64,000 bases of DNA from Bacteroidota bacterium. GTDB lineage: Bacteria > Bacteroidota > Bacteroidia > AKYH767-A > OLB10. Under the pieces are notes generated by a model. It saw only the letters and a list, made by a program, of their open reading frames with translations. It was not told the DNA's origin and ran no database searches. The position numbers and the translations under genes were made by a program. How positions within the stretch are numbered: the stretch's first letter is position 1; every line of letters begins with the position of its first letter. This document shows positions 39,583 through 50,377 of this stretch, one piece after another. Location of the stretch: assembly GCA_029547265.1 (NCBI GenBank), contig JAKPPP010000426.1:9206-73205 (forward strand). The letters run 5' to 3'.

Positions 39583-40188
39583 ATGAATGAATTTGGAGGA
39601 GGAAATGCAGTTTTTGCAACTGCGTATTTCCCTTCGGTAGAATACATGATGCTGGTTCAGAAAAATCCGGCATTCACTATCGATCCCGGCGATCGTTGGA
39701 AGCGACAAACATTACGAAACCGAACACATATCCTGTCACCCAATGGGATACAAATGCTTTCGGTACCCGTTGAAGCTAAATCGCATCCCGAAACTTTAAC
39801 GAAAGACATTAAAATCAGCTACGGGCAACCATGGATAAGAGTCCACAAGGGTGCTCTCGAAGCCGCTTACAATACCACTGCCTTTTTCGAATACTTCAAA
39901 GACGATATTTGGGCTATTTTCGACCAAAAGCCTACCTATTTGATTGAACTCAACGAAATGGTATTGCAATTGATGCTCAAGAAGTTCAGGATAAAAAAGC
40001 TTGAATTAGGAGTTTCAGAGAATGCTGAAACTATCAGTTTTACAGAGATAAGCAATGGGTCCGATAATACTCCTCGGAAGCTTGATGATGCAGAATTCAG
40101 GAAGTACCCTCAAGTATTTTCCTACAAGCACGAATTCGGGCTAAATCTGGCAGCTATCGATCTTTTAGCCAATTGCGGCAACTTTTAA
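39583..40188 (+). CDS. WbqC-family protein
   Basis: YFPSVEYM...RWKRQTLRNRTHILSPNGIQMLSVPV resembles the WbqC pattern. The lepB-wbqC adjacency is common in Bacteroidota. Confidence 0.55.
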   Translation: MNEFGGGNAVFATAYFPSVEYMMLVQKNPAFTIDPGDRWKRQTLRNRTHILSPNGIQMLSVPVEAKSHPETLTKDIKISYGQPWIRVHKGALEAAYNTTAFFEYFKDDIWAIFDQKPTYLIELNEMVLQLMLKKFRIKKLELGVSENAETISFTEISNGSDNTPRKLDDAEFRKYPQVFSYKHEFGLNLAAIDLLANCGNF

Positions 40189-40210
40189 GTCGTGTAGACA
40201 TTAACTATGG

Positions 40211-40241
40211 TTGGGCAACAACCATTTTTTCTTTAGCTTTG
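40211..40241 (+). promoter_or_regulatory. Promoter: -33 TTG (40211-40213) and -7 TAgcTTTG (40234-40241)
   Basis: Exact -7 box with a 20-nt spacer to TTG. The fbaB ATG is at 40291. Confidence 0.5.
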
Positions 40242-40290
40242 TCGATTCTCAAAAACAAACAGTAACCTACAATATCAAATCCAATACGGT

Positions 40291-41349
40291 ATGTCATTTC
40301 AAAAAATAAAAGAATTACTTGGCGCAGACGCTGATTCTTTGTTGAACCACACCTGTAAAACAATTTCAAAAGACGTAATACATACACCGGGCCCTGACTT
40401 CGTGGATCGCATGTTTGCACCATCGAATAGAAGCAACCAAGTGTTAAGAAGTATTGAATCGATATATAACCACGGACGTTTGGCAGGAACTGGATATGTA
40501 AGCATCCTTCCGGTTGACCAAGGAATTGAACATTCGGCGGGAGCATCATTTGCTCCGAATCCAATGTTTTTCGATCCTGAAAACATTGTAAAGCTAGCCA
40601 TTGAAGGTGGATGTAATGCAGTAGCATCGACATACGGAGTATTAGCATCTGTCTCTAGAAAATACGCACATAAAATTCCTTTTATCGTTAAAATTAATCA
40701 TAACGAGTTCCTTACCTACCCTAACAAATTCGATCAAATCATGTTCGGATCGGTTGACGAAGCTTGGAATTTAGGAGCTACAGCTGTTGGTGCAACTATC
40801 TATTTCGGATCGGAAGAATCATCACGTCAAATCGTAGAAGTTGCACAAGCATTCGAAAGAGCACATGAATTAGGAATGGCAACAATTCTATGGTGCTACA
40901 CTCGTAACAACGGATTCAAGAAAGACGGAGTTGACTACCACACGTCAGCTGACTTAACTGGACAAGCAAATCACCTTGGAGTAACCATTCAAGCGGATAT
41001 TATCAAGCAAAAATTACCGACAAACAATGGCGGGTATACAGCTATCAACTTCGGTAAAACACATAAAAAAGTTTACGATGAATTAACTACCAACCACCCT
41101 ATTGATTTAGCACGTTACCAAGTTGCTAATTGTTATATGGGCAGAATGGGACTAATTAATTCGGGCGGAGAAAGTAAAGGTGCTTCGGATATGGCTGAAG
41201 CAGTTACTACAGCGGTTATCAATAAAAGAGCGGGTGGTCAAGGACTAATTTCAGGTCGTAAAGCCTTCCAAAAGCCTTTCGCTGAAGGAATTACCATGCT
41301 GAATGCAATTCAGGATGTTTACCTAACGAAAGAAATTACCATAGCATAA
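40291..41349 (+). CDS. fbaB: Class I fructose-bisphosphate aldolase (FbaB/DhnA type)
   Basis: Collinear with my memory of E. coli FbaB over the full length ([60 protein letters not shown]). Confidence 0.95.
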   Translation: MSFQKIKELLGADADSLLNHTCKTISKDVIHTPGPDFVDRMFAPSNRSNQVLRSIESIYNHGRLAGTGYVSILPVDQGIEHSAGASFAPNPMFFDPENIVKLAIEGGCNAVASTYGVLASVSRKYAHKIPFIVKINHNEFLTYPNKFDQIMFGSVDEAWNLGATAVGATIYFGSEESSRQIVEVAQAFERAHELGMATILWCYTRNNGFKKDGVDYHTSADLTGQANHLGVTIQADIIKQKLPTNNGGYTAINFGKTHKKVYDELTTNHPIDLARYQVANCYMGRMGLINSGGESKGASDMAEAVTTAVINKRAGGQGLISGRKAFQKPFAEGITMLNAIQDVYLTKEITIA

Positions 41350-41412
41350 AATTCCTATCTTAGAATTTCAATTCGTAATATTGTTATTGTTAACCCGAAC
41401 GAAATCAGATAA

Positions 41413-42258
41413 ATGAGTTGGTTTAAAAGGATAAAAGAAGGGATCACCACGTCCACTAGTGAGAAGAAAGAAACGCCGGAAGGGTTGTGGTACAAATGTC
41501 CCTCTTGTAAGTCGATTATTCCCTCACAGGAACATGAAGACAATATGTGGGTATGCGTGAAATGCGGATACCACGAGAGAATAGGTTCAGCAGAATATTT
41601 CGCCATCCTTTTTGATGATCAGAAGTTCGAAGAATTCAATATGAATCTCACCTCTGATGATCCGCTGGAATTTGTGGATACGAAGAAATACAGTGAGCGA
41701 TTAATTGAATCACAAAAGAAAACCGGATTAAAAGATGCGGTAAGAACGGCATCAGGAATGTGTAACGGTTATCCATTAACGATCGCTTGTATGGACTTCC
41801 GATTTATCGGAGGATCGATGGGTGCTGTAATGGGAGAAAAAATAGCGAGAGCAATTGACTATTCCATTAAACACAAGACTCCTTTCTTGATGATTTCTAA
41901 GTCAGGCGGAGCCCGAATGATGGAAGCAGCATTCTCGTTGATGCAGATGGCAAAAACATCGGCTAAGTTGACACAGCTATCAGAAGCGAAATTACCATAC
42001 ATTTCATTCCTCACTGACCCTACAACAGGAGGAGTAACTGCGTCATTCGCGATGTTAGGAGATTTGAATATTGCTGAGCCGGGTGCATTAATCGGGTTTG
42101 CTGGACCAAGGGTTGTAAAAGAAACAATTGGGAAGGATCTTCCTAAAGGATTCCAAACATCAGAATTCGTACTCGATCATGGATTCCTTGACATTATTAT
42201 AAACCGTACCGAACTAAGAACAAAAATGGGAGAAATATTAGGCTATTTCGCTCATTAA
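41413..42258 (+). CDS. accD: Acetyl-CoA carboxylase carboxyltransferase beta subunit
   Basis: Zinc ribbon CPSCKS...CVKCGYH followed by FIGGSMG and the carboxyltransferase fold. Confidence 0.95.
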   Translation: MSWFKRIKEGITTSTSEKKETPEGLWYKCPSCKSIIPSQEHEDNMWVCVKCGYHERIGSAEYFAILFDDQKFEEFNMNLTSDDPLEFVDTKKYSERLIESQKKTGLKDAVRTASGMCNGYPLTIACMDFRFIGGSMGAVMGEKIARAIDYSIKHKTPFLMISKSGGARMMEAAFSLMQMAKTSAKLTQLSEAKLPYISFLTDPTTGGVTASFAMLGDLNIAEPGALIGFAGPRVVKETIGKDLPKGFQTSEFVLDHGFLDIIINRTELRTKMGEILGYFAH

Positions 42259-42280
42259 TAATTAGATACATGACATTGAA

Positions 42281-42310
42281 TCCCGCCCCACCAGGCGGGA
42301 TTTTCATTTT
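42281..42310 (+). terminator. Rho-independent terminator after accD
   Basis: TCCCGCC / GGCGGGA stem, 6-nt loop, then TTTTCATTTTT. Confidence 0.65.
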
Positions 42311-42378
42311 TAAACGTTTGTAGTTGTTTACTACCGACTAAAAGAATAGACTGCCACTAGTTTCGCCAAAAACGGAAT

Positions 42379-43152
42379 ATGCAACCCAGTCAAGTAAAAA
42401 GAGAATTACTATTACCCAAGAATATTTTTACGGGGCAAACAGAAACGAGTCCTTTTTATCCCTTACCTGCCCGCAGACGGATGATGAAATATAAGCCCTC
42501 GTTGGCCGACGATTTCATTCGAAAATTCAAAACAGCCGAAGAAATCAGTTTACGAGAATACATTGGATTAGAAAATATTGGAAGGCATGATATCGATCAA
42601 GCTGAAGAGCTAAGAATCAACAACTTATTAAGGATTAACGCAATACATATCAACTATCGACATCAGTATCAAGCTTTTTACAGGCGAATGTTGCTTAGCG
42701 AAGTACTAACGAGTACCAAAGTCAAGAATATACGCTCAAGAGGCTACATATTACAATTTGAATTCGAAGACATAATTCCGGAAAGTGCCAGAGAGGTAAT
42801 GAAAGCTGCTAACGAATTCATAACAATACTCTTTAATGATAATGGAAACAAAGCCTATAAATACCTGTCAGAGCAACTTCATATCAATGGAAATAGCGGA
42901 ATGTTCAGTTCATTCGACTACTTTATGCTTCGATTCAAAGATTTATGGAGCCGATGCGAACTGCTTAGCACAAAACTAGAAGTCGAAAAGATCGACAAAG
43001 AAGTTGCAATTATAGGTTGCCGAAGTGCGATAAAGAGGAATAGCAAGTCGCCGAAAGAAGAAATCCACACACAACTTAAGCTATTAAAGCGAAAAGAATG
43101 GTGGACAATCTACTCGATAGAAAGCGACTCTTTTCCCGAAATAATTCCATAA
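42379..43152 (+). CDS. Hypothetical protein, no family recognised
   Basis: 257-aa ORF with no signal peptide or TM segment, predicted mostly helical, and no catalytic or binding motif I recognise. It is bracketed by the accD terminator and a 400-bp AT-rich non-coding stretch. Confidence 0.55.
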   Translation: MQPSQVKRELLLPKNIFTGQTETSPFYPLPARRRMMKYKPSLADDFIRKFKTAEEISLREYIGLENIGRHDIDQAEELRINNLLRINAIHINYRHQYQAFYRRMLLSEVLTSTKVKNIRSRGYILQFEFEDIIPESAREVMKAANEFITILFNDNGNKAYKYLSEQLHINGNSGMFSSFDYFMLRFKDLWSRCELLSTKLEVEKIDKEVAIIGCRSAIKRNSKSPKEEIHTQLKLLKRKEWWTIYSIESDSFPEIIP

Positions 43153-43489
43153 ATGATTAAACTATTAATTTCATATATCACTTTTAATCAATTTATTAAT
43201 TAATCTTATCAAAATCATTACTTCAATTAAGAATTGAAAATTAAAACGCAAAAATAGGTATCTACAAAAGTGAAATCGAGCGTCCTCAAAATACGCATTA
43301 AACATAACGCGTATTCCGTAATACAAAAACATCTATCTTCATCCTCGAATTGTAAATGAAAATTAGGGGTTTGGCGATTTCAAACAACGAAAAGTAACAT
43401 TTAACAATTGATTATTAAATAGTTACAGTATAATCATGGGCAAAACAGGGCTTATTAACGAATGATTGTTAAAATCCTTTAAAAAAGGG

Positions 43490-43520
43490 TTGTTGATTTA
43501 AGACTTTGTTACTATCTTTG
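43490..43520 (+). promoter_or_regulatory. Promoter: -33 TTG (43490-43492) and -7 TAtcTTTG (43513-43520) for rpsO
   Basis: Exact -7 box with a 20-nt spacer. The rpsO ATG is at 43554. Confidence 0.5.
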
Positions 43521-43553
43521 CCGTCCTTATTAAAGAAAACTGTCTTTATTATC

Positions 43554-43823
43554 ATGTTATTAACATCAGAACTCAAAAAAGAAATCTTCAAAAAACACGG
43601 TAAAAGTGAAACTAATACCGGCTCATCTGAAGCTCAAATCGCTTTGTTTACGCAGCGTATTAATCACCTTACTGAACACTTAAAAGTGTCTAAAAAAGAT
43701 TTCTCTACTCAGCGTGCTCTGATTCGTTTGGTAGGAAAGCGTCGTGCTCTTCTTGATTATCTTCAAAAGAAAGAAATCAATCGCTACCGCGCTATCATCG
43801 CTGAATTAGGCATCCGTAAATAA
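43554..43823 (+). CDS. rpsO: 30S ribosomal protein S15
   Basis: 89 aa from the ATG at 43554 (MLLTSELKKEIFKKHG...). LTEHLKVSKKDFSTQRALIRLVGKRRALLDYL is classic S15. The track start at 43506 adds a non-homologous extension. Confidence 0.95.
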   Translation: MLLTSELKKEIFKKHGKSETNTGSSEAQIALFTQRINHLTEHLKVSKKDFSTQRALIRLVGKRRALLDYLQKKEINRYRAIIAELGIRK

Positions 43824-43856
43824 AATGTTGAAGCCAGCAGGCAAATAATATTAAAA

Positions 43857-43882
43857 GGCAATTCTATGTAATTGCCTTTTTT
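43857..43882 (+). terminator. Rho-independent terminator/attenuator between rpsO and pnp
   Basis: GGCAATT / AATTGCC stem, 6-nt loop, then TTTTTT. Confidence 0.7.
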
Positions 43883-43958
43883 CATTTTATCCCAAGGCAT
43901 TATTATCTATCTATAAACAAAGCTGTAAAACGCTGCAAAAAAAGCTGTCAAAATTATC

Positions 43959-46103
43959 ATGTCACAAAAAGCTGTCATTAAATCTTTTCGTCTCGACGAC
44001 GGGAGAGAAGTTACCATTGAAACAGGGAAATTAGCTAAACAAGCTGATGGATCTGTAGTATTACGTTTAGGAGATTGTATGCTCCTAGCAACTGTTGTAT
44101 CGAGTCCTGATGCCAAACCGGGTGTCGACTTTATGCCATTAACTGTAGATTATCAAGAGAAATTTTCTTCTGCAGGACGTTTTCCGGGAGGATTTTTCCG
44201 TCGCGAAGCTCGTCCTAATGATAACGAAATCCTTATCTGTCGTTTGATCGACCGTGCTCTTCGTCCTTTATTCCCGGATGATTATCATGCCGACACACAG
44301 GTAGCGGTTACCCTTATCTCTGCCGATCCTGAAGTTGCACCGGATTGCCTTGCAGGTTTAGCTGCATCGGCTGCCATTGCGGTTTCTGATATTCCGTTTA
44401 ACGGACCAATTTCTGAAGTACGTGTTGCACGTATCGACGGAAAATTAACTATCAACCCTCCTATCTCGGCTATGCCGAATGCCGACATCGATCTAATCGT
44501 TGCAGGTACTATCAAAGATATCTTGATGGTAGAAGGTGAAATGAAAGAAGTAAGTGAAAAGGAAATGGCTGAAGCAATTGCTTTTGGTCACGAGGCTATC
44601 AAATCGCAATGCCAAGCTCAAATTGAGTTAGCTGAGCAATTAGGTATCACAAAACGTACTTACTCTCATGAAACTCATGATGAAGAATTACGTGAAAAAG
44701 TTTGGAAAGAAACATTCGACAAAGCATACGCTGTAGCTCGTCAATGTAATCCCGATAAGCATGCTCGTAAAACTGCATTTAAAGCGGTTGTAGAAGAGTT
44801 CTGTGCTCAATTTACCCCAGAAGAGTTGGCTGAAAAAATCGGCTTTATCAAGACTTACTACCATGATGTAGAGAAAGAAGCTGTTCGCAGCATGATCTTG
44901 AAAGAGAAGATTCGTTTAGATGGCCGTGGTTTGACGGATATCCGTTCAATCTGGTCAGAAATCGACTACCTTCCTTCTGCTCATGGTTCTTCAATCTTCA
45001 CACGTGGAGAAACTCAATCATTAACAACAGTAACCTTAGGTTCTAAACTTGACGAGCAAATTATCGACCAAGCGATGTTCCAAGGAACTAATAAATTCCT
45101 TTTACATTACAACTTCCCGGGATTCAGTACAGGTGAAGTGAAACCTAACCGCGGAACTAGTCGCCGTGAAATAGGTCACGGGAACCTTGCTATGCGTTCA
45201 TTAAAGCAAATGATGCCCGGTGATGATGTAAACCCTTACACTATCCGTATCGTTTCCGATATCCTTGAATCAAATGGTTCGTCATCTATGGCTACTGTTT
45301 GTGCAGGTACTTTGGCTTTATTTGATGCAGGTGTTAAACTTAAAGCTGCCGTTTCAGGTATTGCGATGGGATTAATCACTGACGGAAAAGGAAACTTCGG
45401 TATCTTAAGTGATATCTTAGGAGACGAAGATCACTTAGGAGATATGGACTTTAAAGTAACAGGTACTTCAAAAGGTATTTGTGCTTGTCAGATGGATCTT
45501 AAAGTGGACGGACTTCCTTACGACATCCTTATCCAAGCCCTAGAGCAAGCTAAAGCAGGCCGTTTACACATCTTAGGAGAGATGAATAAGACGATTGCAG
45601 CACCACGTGAAGACTACAAAGCGCATGCGCCACGTATCGTTATTCTACGTATTGCGAAAGAATACATCGGCGCTGTTATCGGACCGGGTGGAAAAATTAT
45701 TCAAGAAATCCAACGTACTACAGGAGCTACTATCTCTATTGAAGAGCAAAACAACGAAGGAGTTGTTGAAATTGCATCTCCAAATAAGCAATCAATTGAT
45801 GCTGCTTTAAGCTGGATCAAAGGAATCGTTGCGGAGCCGGAAGTAGGTGAAGTATATGAAGGAAAAGTAAAAACTATTACTACTTACGGTGCATTCGTTG
45901 AGTTTATGCCGGGTAAAGATGGTTTATTACATATCAGCGAAATCTCTAACGAACGCATTCCATCAATGGAAGGTATTTTGAAAGAAGGAGAAAAGATTCA
46001 AGTGAAACTTGTTGAAATTGATAAGAAAACCGGTAAGTTCCGCTTATCACGTAAGGTTTTGCTATCTAATCGTCCGGAAAGAGTAACTCCTGACCAACAA
46101 TAA
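43959..46103 (+). CDS. pnp: Polyribonucleotide nucleotidyltransferase (PNPase)
   Basis: Two RNase PH domains, and KH ([11 protein letters not shown]) and S1 ([15 protein letters not shown]) domains. Confidence 0.97.
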   Translation: MSQKAVIKSFRLDDGREVTIETGKLAKQADGSVVLRLGDCMLLATVVSSPDAKPGVDFMPLTVDYQEKFSSAGRFPGGFFRREARPNDNEILICRLIDRALRPLFPDDYHADTQVAVTLISADPEVAPDCLAGLAASAAIAVSDIPFNGPISEVRVARIDGKLTINPPISAMPNADIDLIVAGTIKDILMVEGEMKEVSEKEMAEAIAFGHEAIKSQCQAQIELAEQLGITKRTYSHETHDEELREKVWKETFDKAYAVARQCNPDKHARKTAFKAVVEEFCAQFTPEELAEKIGFIKTYYHDVEKEAVRSMILKEKIRLDGRGLTDIRSIWSEIDYLPSAHGSSIFTRGETQSLTTVTLGSKLDEQIIDQAMFQGTNKFLLHYNFPGFSTGEVKPNRGTSRREIGHGNLAMRSLKQMMPGDDVNPYTIRIVSDILESNGSSSMATVCAGTLALFDAGVKLKAAVSGIAMGLITDGKGNFGILSDILGDEDHLGDMDFKVTGTSKGICACQMDLKVDGLPYDILIQALEQAKAGRLHILGEMNKTIAAPREDYKAHAPRIVILRIAKEYIGAVIGPGGKIIQEIQRTTGATISIEEQNNEGVVEIASPNKQSIDAALSWIKGIVAEPEVGEVYEGKVKTITTYGAFVEFMPGKDGLLHISEISNERIPSMEGILKEGEKIQVKLVEIDKKTGKFRLSRKVLLSNRPERVTPDQQ

Positions 46104-46131
46104 GCGATTAAAAAAGTTACATTTTACCTCT

Positions 46132-46165
46132 GAAAGCCCCGATTTATTCGGGGCTTTCTTTTTTT
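46132..46165 (+). terminator. Rho-independent terminator after pnp
   Basis: Perfect 10-bp stem GAAAGCCCCG / CGGGGCTTTC, 7-nt loop, then a 7-nt T run. Confidence 0.8.
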
Positions 46166-46353
46166 AACATACAGGCATCCACCTAAAAAGATTGATGTAA
46201 TAAAAAACGCCTTCAAATCACCAAATTCGTCCAAAAACATCGTTTATTGGTTTCTCGGCCTCATTACCTTACAATTCACCTTACAGTTCGTAATTGCCCT
46301 TTTGCAACCAATCGTTAGGGGATGCGTTAAGCACCTCAAATGACTTTTAAAAA

Positions 46354-47217
46354 ATGAGACAGCTAAAAATTACGAAGCAGGTTACTAATCGTGAAACAGC
46401 ATCACTTGATAAGTATCTACAAGAGATTGGGAAGGTAGAATTATTACGTCCGGAGGAAGAAGTTGATCTTGCTCGTCGTATTAAAGAAGGCGATCGTACA
46501 GCTCTTGAACGCTTAACTAAAGCAAATCTTCGATTTGTGGTATCGGTAGCAAAGCAATACCAAAATCAGGGACTTACTTTAGGTGACCTTATTAACGAAG
46601 GTAATCTGGGACTAATTAAAGCAGCACAACGCTTTGATGAAACTCGAGGATTTAAATTCATCTCCTATGCAGTATGGTGGATTCGTCAGAGTATTTTACA
46701 AGCCTTAGCAGAGCAAGCCCGTATAGTTCGATTACCGCTAAACAAAATAGGGTTTATCAATAAAATCAATAAAGCTTTCGCACAACTCGAACAAGAATTT
46801 GAGCGCGAGCCTACCAACGAAGAATTATCGACTATCCTCAATATTACTGTTGATGATGTGATGGATACAATGCGTTCGTCGGGACGACATGTATCGATGG
46901 ATGCACCGCTGGTAAACGGCGAAGATGCTACGTTGATGGACTTAATGCCGGGTGAAGACTCTACTCCATCGCCGGAGAACAACCTCATCACAGAATCACT
47001 TCGCAGAGAAATTGAGCGCGCATTATTTACGCTCACACCTCGTGAGGCTGATGTTATCCGCTTGTATTTCGGACTAAACGACTCCCCTCTTACACTGGAG
47101 GAAATCGGAGAACGATTCGAACTTACTCGTGAACGCGTTCGTCAAATCAAAGAAAAAGCGATCCGTCGCTTAAAACATACTTCGAGAAGTAAAATTCTCC
47201 GCACTTATCTAGGGTAA
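46354..47217 (+). CDS. rpoD: Primary-type RNA polymerase sigma-70 factor (Bacteroidota sigma-A, lacking region 1.1)
   Basis: 287 aa. Region 2 [12 protein letters not shown]...[14 protein letters not shown]...[13 protein letters not shown], and region 4.2 [28 protein letters not shown]. Confidence 0.9.
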   Translation: MRQLKITKQVTNRETASLDKYLQEIGKVELLRPEEEVDLARRIKEGDRTALERLTKANLRFVVSVAKQYQNQGLTLGDLINEGNLGLIKAAQRFDETRGFKFISYAVWWIRQSILQALAEQARIVRLPLNKIGFINKINKAFAQLEQEFEREPTNEELSTILNITVDDVMDTMRSSGRHVSMDAPLVNGEDATLMDLMPGEDSTPSPENNLITESLRREIERALFTLTPREADVIRLYFGLNDSPLTLEEIGERFELTRERVRQIKEKAIRRLKHTSRSKILRTYLG

Positions 47218-47251
47218 GTATTAAAGATCATGGTTTTGGGTTTTAGGTAAA

Positions 47252-47291
47252 GAAGCTCCGGAGGTTAAATCTTCCGGGGCTTTCTTTTTTT
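47252..47291 (+). terminator. Rho-independent terminator after rpoD
   Basis: Imperfect ~13-bp stem around CCGGAGG-TTAAAT-CTTCCGG, followed by TTTCTTTTTTT. Confidence 0.6.
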
Positions 47292-47348
47292 CATAGTGGT
47301 TTGCCCGAATATTTGTAGTTTCGCAGTACAATTAACAAGCACTCCATT

Positions 47349-48014
47349 ATGTCAGTATTGATTGCCCCTTCAATGTTATCGTCCGATTTTTCGAACCTCC
47401 AAAAAGATATTGCGATGGTGAATGAAAGTCGCGCCGATTGGTTTCATATCGATGTGATGGATGGTGTTTTTGTACCTAATATTTCCTTCGGTTTTCCTGT
47501 TATTAAAGCCATCAATAAATACGCACGCAAACCTCTTGATGTGCATTTGATGATTGTTGATCCCGATAAATATTTGGCTGCTTTCGCAGATGCCGGCGCT
47601 GCAGTGATTTCAGTTCATATTGAAGCTTGTACACACCTTCACCGTACTATCCAGTCGATGCGTCAACTAGGTGTTCTAGCAGGAGTTGCTATAAACCCAC
47701 ACACACCGGTTTCGCATTTATCAGAAGTAATTGCTAATATTGATGTGGTTTGTATGATGTCGGTAAATCCGGGATTCGGGGGACAAAAATTCATTAAGAA
47801 TACCTACTCGAAAGTAGAAGAACTAAAGAATTTAATTATCCAGAAAAACTCAGGAGCACGCATCGAAATCGATGGTGGAGTAGATTTCAAAAATGCAGGT
47901 GAATTAGCAAAATGCGGTGCCGACATTTTAGTTGCCGGCAACACCGTATTTGCTCATGCTAATCCGAAGGAAGCAGTTTCTTTATTGAAAGATGCTGCAG
48001 CAATTACTGCTTAA
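47349..48014 (+). CDS. rpe: Ribulose-phosphate 3-epimerase
   Basis: IAPSMLSSDF, HIDVMDG.FVPN, VHLM and MSVNPGFGGQKF motifs. Confidence 0.95.
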   Translation: MSVLIAPSMLSSDFSNLQKDIAMVNESRADWFHIDVMDGVFVPNISFGFPVIKAINKYARKPLDVHLMIVDPDKYLAAFADAGAAVISVHIEACTHLHRTIQSMRQLGVLAGVAINPHTPVSHLSEVIANIDVVCMMSVNPGFGGQKFIKNTYSKVEELKNLIIQKNSGARIEIDGGVDFKNAGELAKCGADILVAGNTVFAHANPKEAVSLLKDAAAITA

Positions 48015-49213
48015 GAAGCGTAATCGCTCAGGTAATTAAAGCGAGGCATTAAAGCTCCGTCCTTTGTAATTGAAGCACGTTCAATTAGTCCGCTATCTTC
48101 ACCTACTAACGAAGGGATTACTCTCTCCATCAAATTTTTCCCGAATCCTTCAGAAGCATCTCTTGGTAGTTCACAAGGTAGATTATCTATTGCCATCACC
48201 GTAATAGTTGAAGGCGCGAATGGCGCTTCTAATGTTTCCGTAAACGGATTGTAACCGTAGAATTTATCGTCGATTGTTGATGGCTTCATTGTTGAAGGAA
48301 TACTTCCGTTGATATCGCATGTCACATCGGCAATTACGCTGATATGAAAACGATGTCCGCGCATCTCTTCTTTCGTAAATAAGACAGGTGCTTTAGGATC
48401 CCAAAAAGTACAGTGAATTAATAAATCACATGCACTTGCATAAGAACCCGGCTCAGCAAACGTACAGTTGAACTTCTCAGGATGATTGTAAAACTCTTCT
48501 TGATTCCATAGTGAACCATCTTTCAATTCATGATAATCTTCGCTATGCAATTGAACATATACAGGTTCACGGAATGAATAATTCAAAAATTCGTAAACAG
48601 TAACTTTTCTGATTTCTAATGCACCCAATGTTTCCATTGCGCCATTCGCTACTCTTCCTCCTCCGGTAACCACAATTTTAAGGTTCGGTAAATTAACCTT
48701 TTCAAGTTCTTTAAAAAGTTCCTTTTTATCGTGACATAAGTGAGCGGCTTTCAACGTATATAATCCATACTTTAATCCGTAAGCCATAATACCATTATAA
48801 GCACCAACAATTCCCGCATATCGTCCGAAACCGATTACTCTATGATTGTTTTCATCAACCAACGTTTCATAATCGATCATTTGAATTTTCTTCTCGATTA
48901 AGGCCTGCATCAAGCCTTTGTTATGCGGTTGTTTTTTGATGGTATGAGAAAAGAAAAGATATTTTTTCCCGGGGATGAGATCTTGTTTAGGTACCTCTTT
49001 CACTCCCATTAATACGTCGCAATCTGACATATCTTCTTGTAATAATACACCTTGTTGCAAGTATTCCGCATCGGTATAACAACGATATGGGCTTGGCTGG
49101 ACCGCCAATTTAAGGTTAGGATATTCTTCTAATAAATATTTACATTGAACGGGTGTAAAAGGTACACGCTTATCGTGCGGCACTTTTCCCTCTCTGATGA
49201 CTCCAATTTTCAT
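48011..49213 (-). CDS. AlaDH/PNT-family NAD(P)-dependent oxidoreductase (saccharopine dehydrogenase / lysine-ketoglutarate reductase-like)
   Basis: MKIGVIREGK...DKRVPFTP N-domain and the VVTGGGRVANGA Rossmann motif. Its stop overlaps the rpe stop by 4 nt (convergent). Confidence 0.55.
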   Translation of the reverse strand: MKIGVIREGKVPHDKRVPFTPVQCKYLLEEYPNLKLAVQPSPYRCYTDAEYLQQGVLLQEDMSDCDVLMGVKEVPKQDLIPGKKYLFFSHTIKKQPHNKGLMQALIEKKIQMIDYETLVDENNHRVIGFGRYAGIVGAYNGIMAYGLKYGLYTLKAAHLCHDKKELFKELEKVNLPNLKIVVTGGGRVANGAMETLGALEIRKVTVYEFLNYSFREPVYVQLHSEDYHELKDGSLWNQEEFYNHPEKFNCTFAEPGSYASACDLLIHCTFWDPKAPVLFTKEEMRGHRFHISVIADVTCDINGSIPSTMKPSTIDDKFYGYNPFTETLEAPFAPSTITVMAIDNLPCELPRDASEGFGKNLMERVIPSLVGEDSGLIERASITKDGALMPRFNYLSDYAS

Positions 49214-49218
49214 AGGGT

Positions 49219-49226
49219 CAAAGATA
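49219..49226 (-). promoter_or_regulatory. -7 box TAtcTTTG (minus strand)
   Basis: The plus strand reads CAAAGATA. The T of TA is 13 nt from the ATG at 49213, which implies a leaderless or near-leaderless mRNA. Confidence 0.4.
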
Positions 49227-49290
49227 CTGAGGAAAAAGAAAATGCCCTACTCAATAAGAGCGTATCTCTTACATAAAATGCCAATCTTTA

Positions 49291-50367
49291 TCAGGATTTG
49301 ATCCCTCTACGGTTCAATTCCTTCTGGAAACGGCGAGCATTTTGCATATGTAACTCGTAGCTTCGAGCAAAGGCATGATATCCGGAGAAGTCCTCTCGAG
49401 CACAGAAAAATAAGAAGTCGTGTTGTTTATAGTTCAAAACAGCATCAATCGACGATACCGAAGGCATGCATATTGGTCCCGGAGGTAATCCGGTATACAT
49501 GTACGTATTATAAGGCGAATCAATTTCTTTGTACTCATTTAACACCCTACGAACGGTAAAATCGCCCAAAGCATAAACCAAAGTGGGATCAGCTTCAAGC
49601 TTCCATCCTTTTCTTAAACGATTAATATATACTCCGGCTACTGTTGGCTTTTCATCAACTTTGCGAGTCTCTTGTTCTACTATACTGGCGAGTGTACTTA
49701 CATCAGTTAAGGACATTCCCTCAGCTTTTGCTTTTTGCATTCGTTCTTCGGTCCAGAACTTCTTGTATTCCTTTACAATTTTTTCGTAAAACTGCTCAGC
49801 GCTGCAATTCCAATAAAATTCATAGGTATTCGGAATCATAACCGCCAAACTATTCATTCCCGTAAAACCGTATTTGGCTTGATAAGCATCATCTTTAAAT
49901 AAGAATAAGATCTCAGCAGAATCGGCTTCTATTTTACTACCTACAATTCCCGCTAACTGTTCAACGGTTCTTAAATTACTAAACGTTAATCGCACCGGAG
50001 TTTGTTTTCCCGAACGAAGCAAACTTACTATTTGCTTGTTACTCATCCCCGATTTAATTTGATACTTACCGGGTTTCACATTATTCTCATAATTCATTTG
50101 TTGAGCTACCCATTCAAAAGACGCTGAATTCTTCAACATACCGTCTTTATTCAACAAAGCAATTACATCATTTAATCGTGAACCTGTTCGGATATAAATA
50201 AATGTTGTTGACTTACCTTGAAGAACGATATTAGGAGAAAAGACCTTGGTATAAAAAGTATAAGCCGTTATTAATCCCACCAACAATACTACCCCAGCAA
50301 AGGCAATTAAAAACTTTCTTAAGCTTCCGCTTGATTTTTTACTTGAAGATTTTTTTTTCTTAGCCAT
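49291..50367 (-). CDS. mltG: Endolytic murein transglycosylase MltG (YceG family)
   Basis: N-terminal TM anchor, LASIVEQETR catalytic Glu motif, YNTYMYTGLPPGPI. Confidence 0.9.
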   Translation of the reverse strand: MAKKKKSSSKKSSGSLRKFLIAFAGVVLLVGLITAYTFYTKVFSPNIVLQGKSTTFIYIRTGSRLNDVIALLNKDGMLKNSASFEWVAQQMNYENNVKPGKYQIKSGMSNKQIVSLLRSGKQTPVRLTFSNLRTVEQLAGIVGSKIEADSAEILFLFKDDAYQAKYGFTGMNSLAVMIPNTYEFYWNCSAEQFYEKIVKEYKKFWTEERMQKAKAEGMSLTDVSTLASIVEQETRKVDEKPTVAGVYINRLRKGWKLEADPTLVYALGDFTVRRVLNEYKEIDSPYNTYMYTGLPPGPICMPSVSSIDAVLNYKQHDFLFFCAREDFSGYHAFARSYELHMQNARRFQKELNRRGIKS

Positions 50368-50377
50368 ATCTCCTACT

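Noticed and set aside
40205-40648. A 147-aa minus-strand ORF overlapping the start of fbaB
   Set aside because: It lies antisense to a gene whose product is collinear with E. coli FbaB. It has odd composition and no homology features, so it is a shadow ORF.
43153-43490. Possible structured ncRNA (tmRNA, SRP RNA, RNase P RNA, 6S RNA or a riboswitch) in the 400-bp AT-rich spacer
   Set aside because: I recognised no conserved core motif of these RNAs. The only structure seen is a 7-bp hairpin, AATACGC-N12-GCGTATT (43290-43315). The composition is too AT-rich for a stable fold. I kept it only as part of the orphan-locus finding.
48011-48014. A 4-nt overlap of the convergent stop codons of rpe and the AlaDH/PNT-like gene
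   Set aside because: This is a trivial TTAA stop/stop overlap, with no room for a terminator but no evidence of special function. I noted it only as tight packing.
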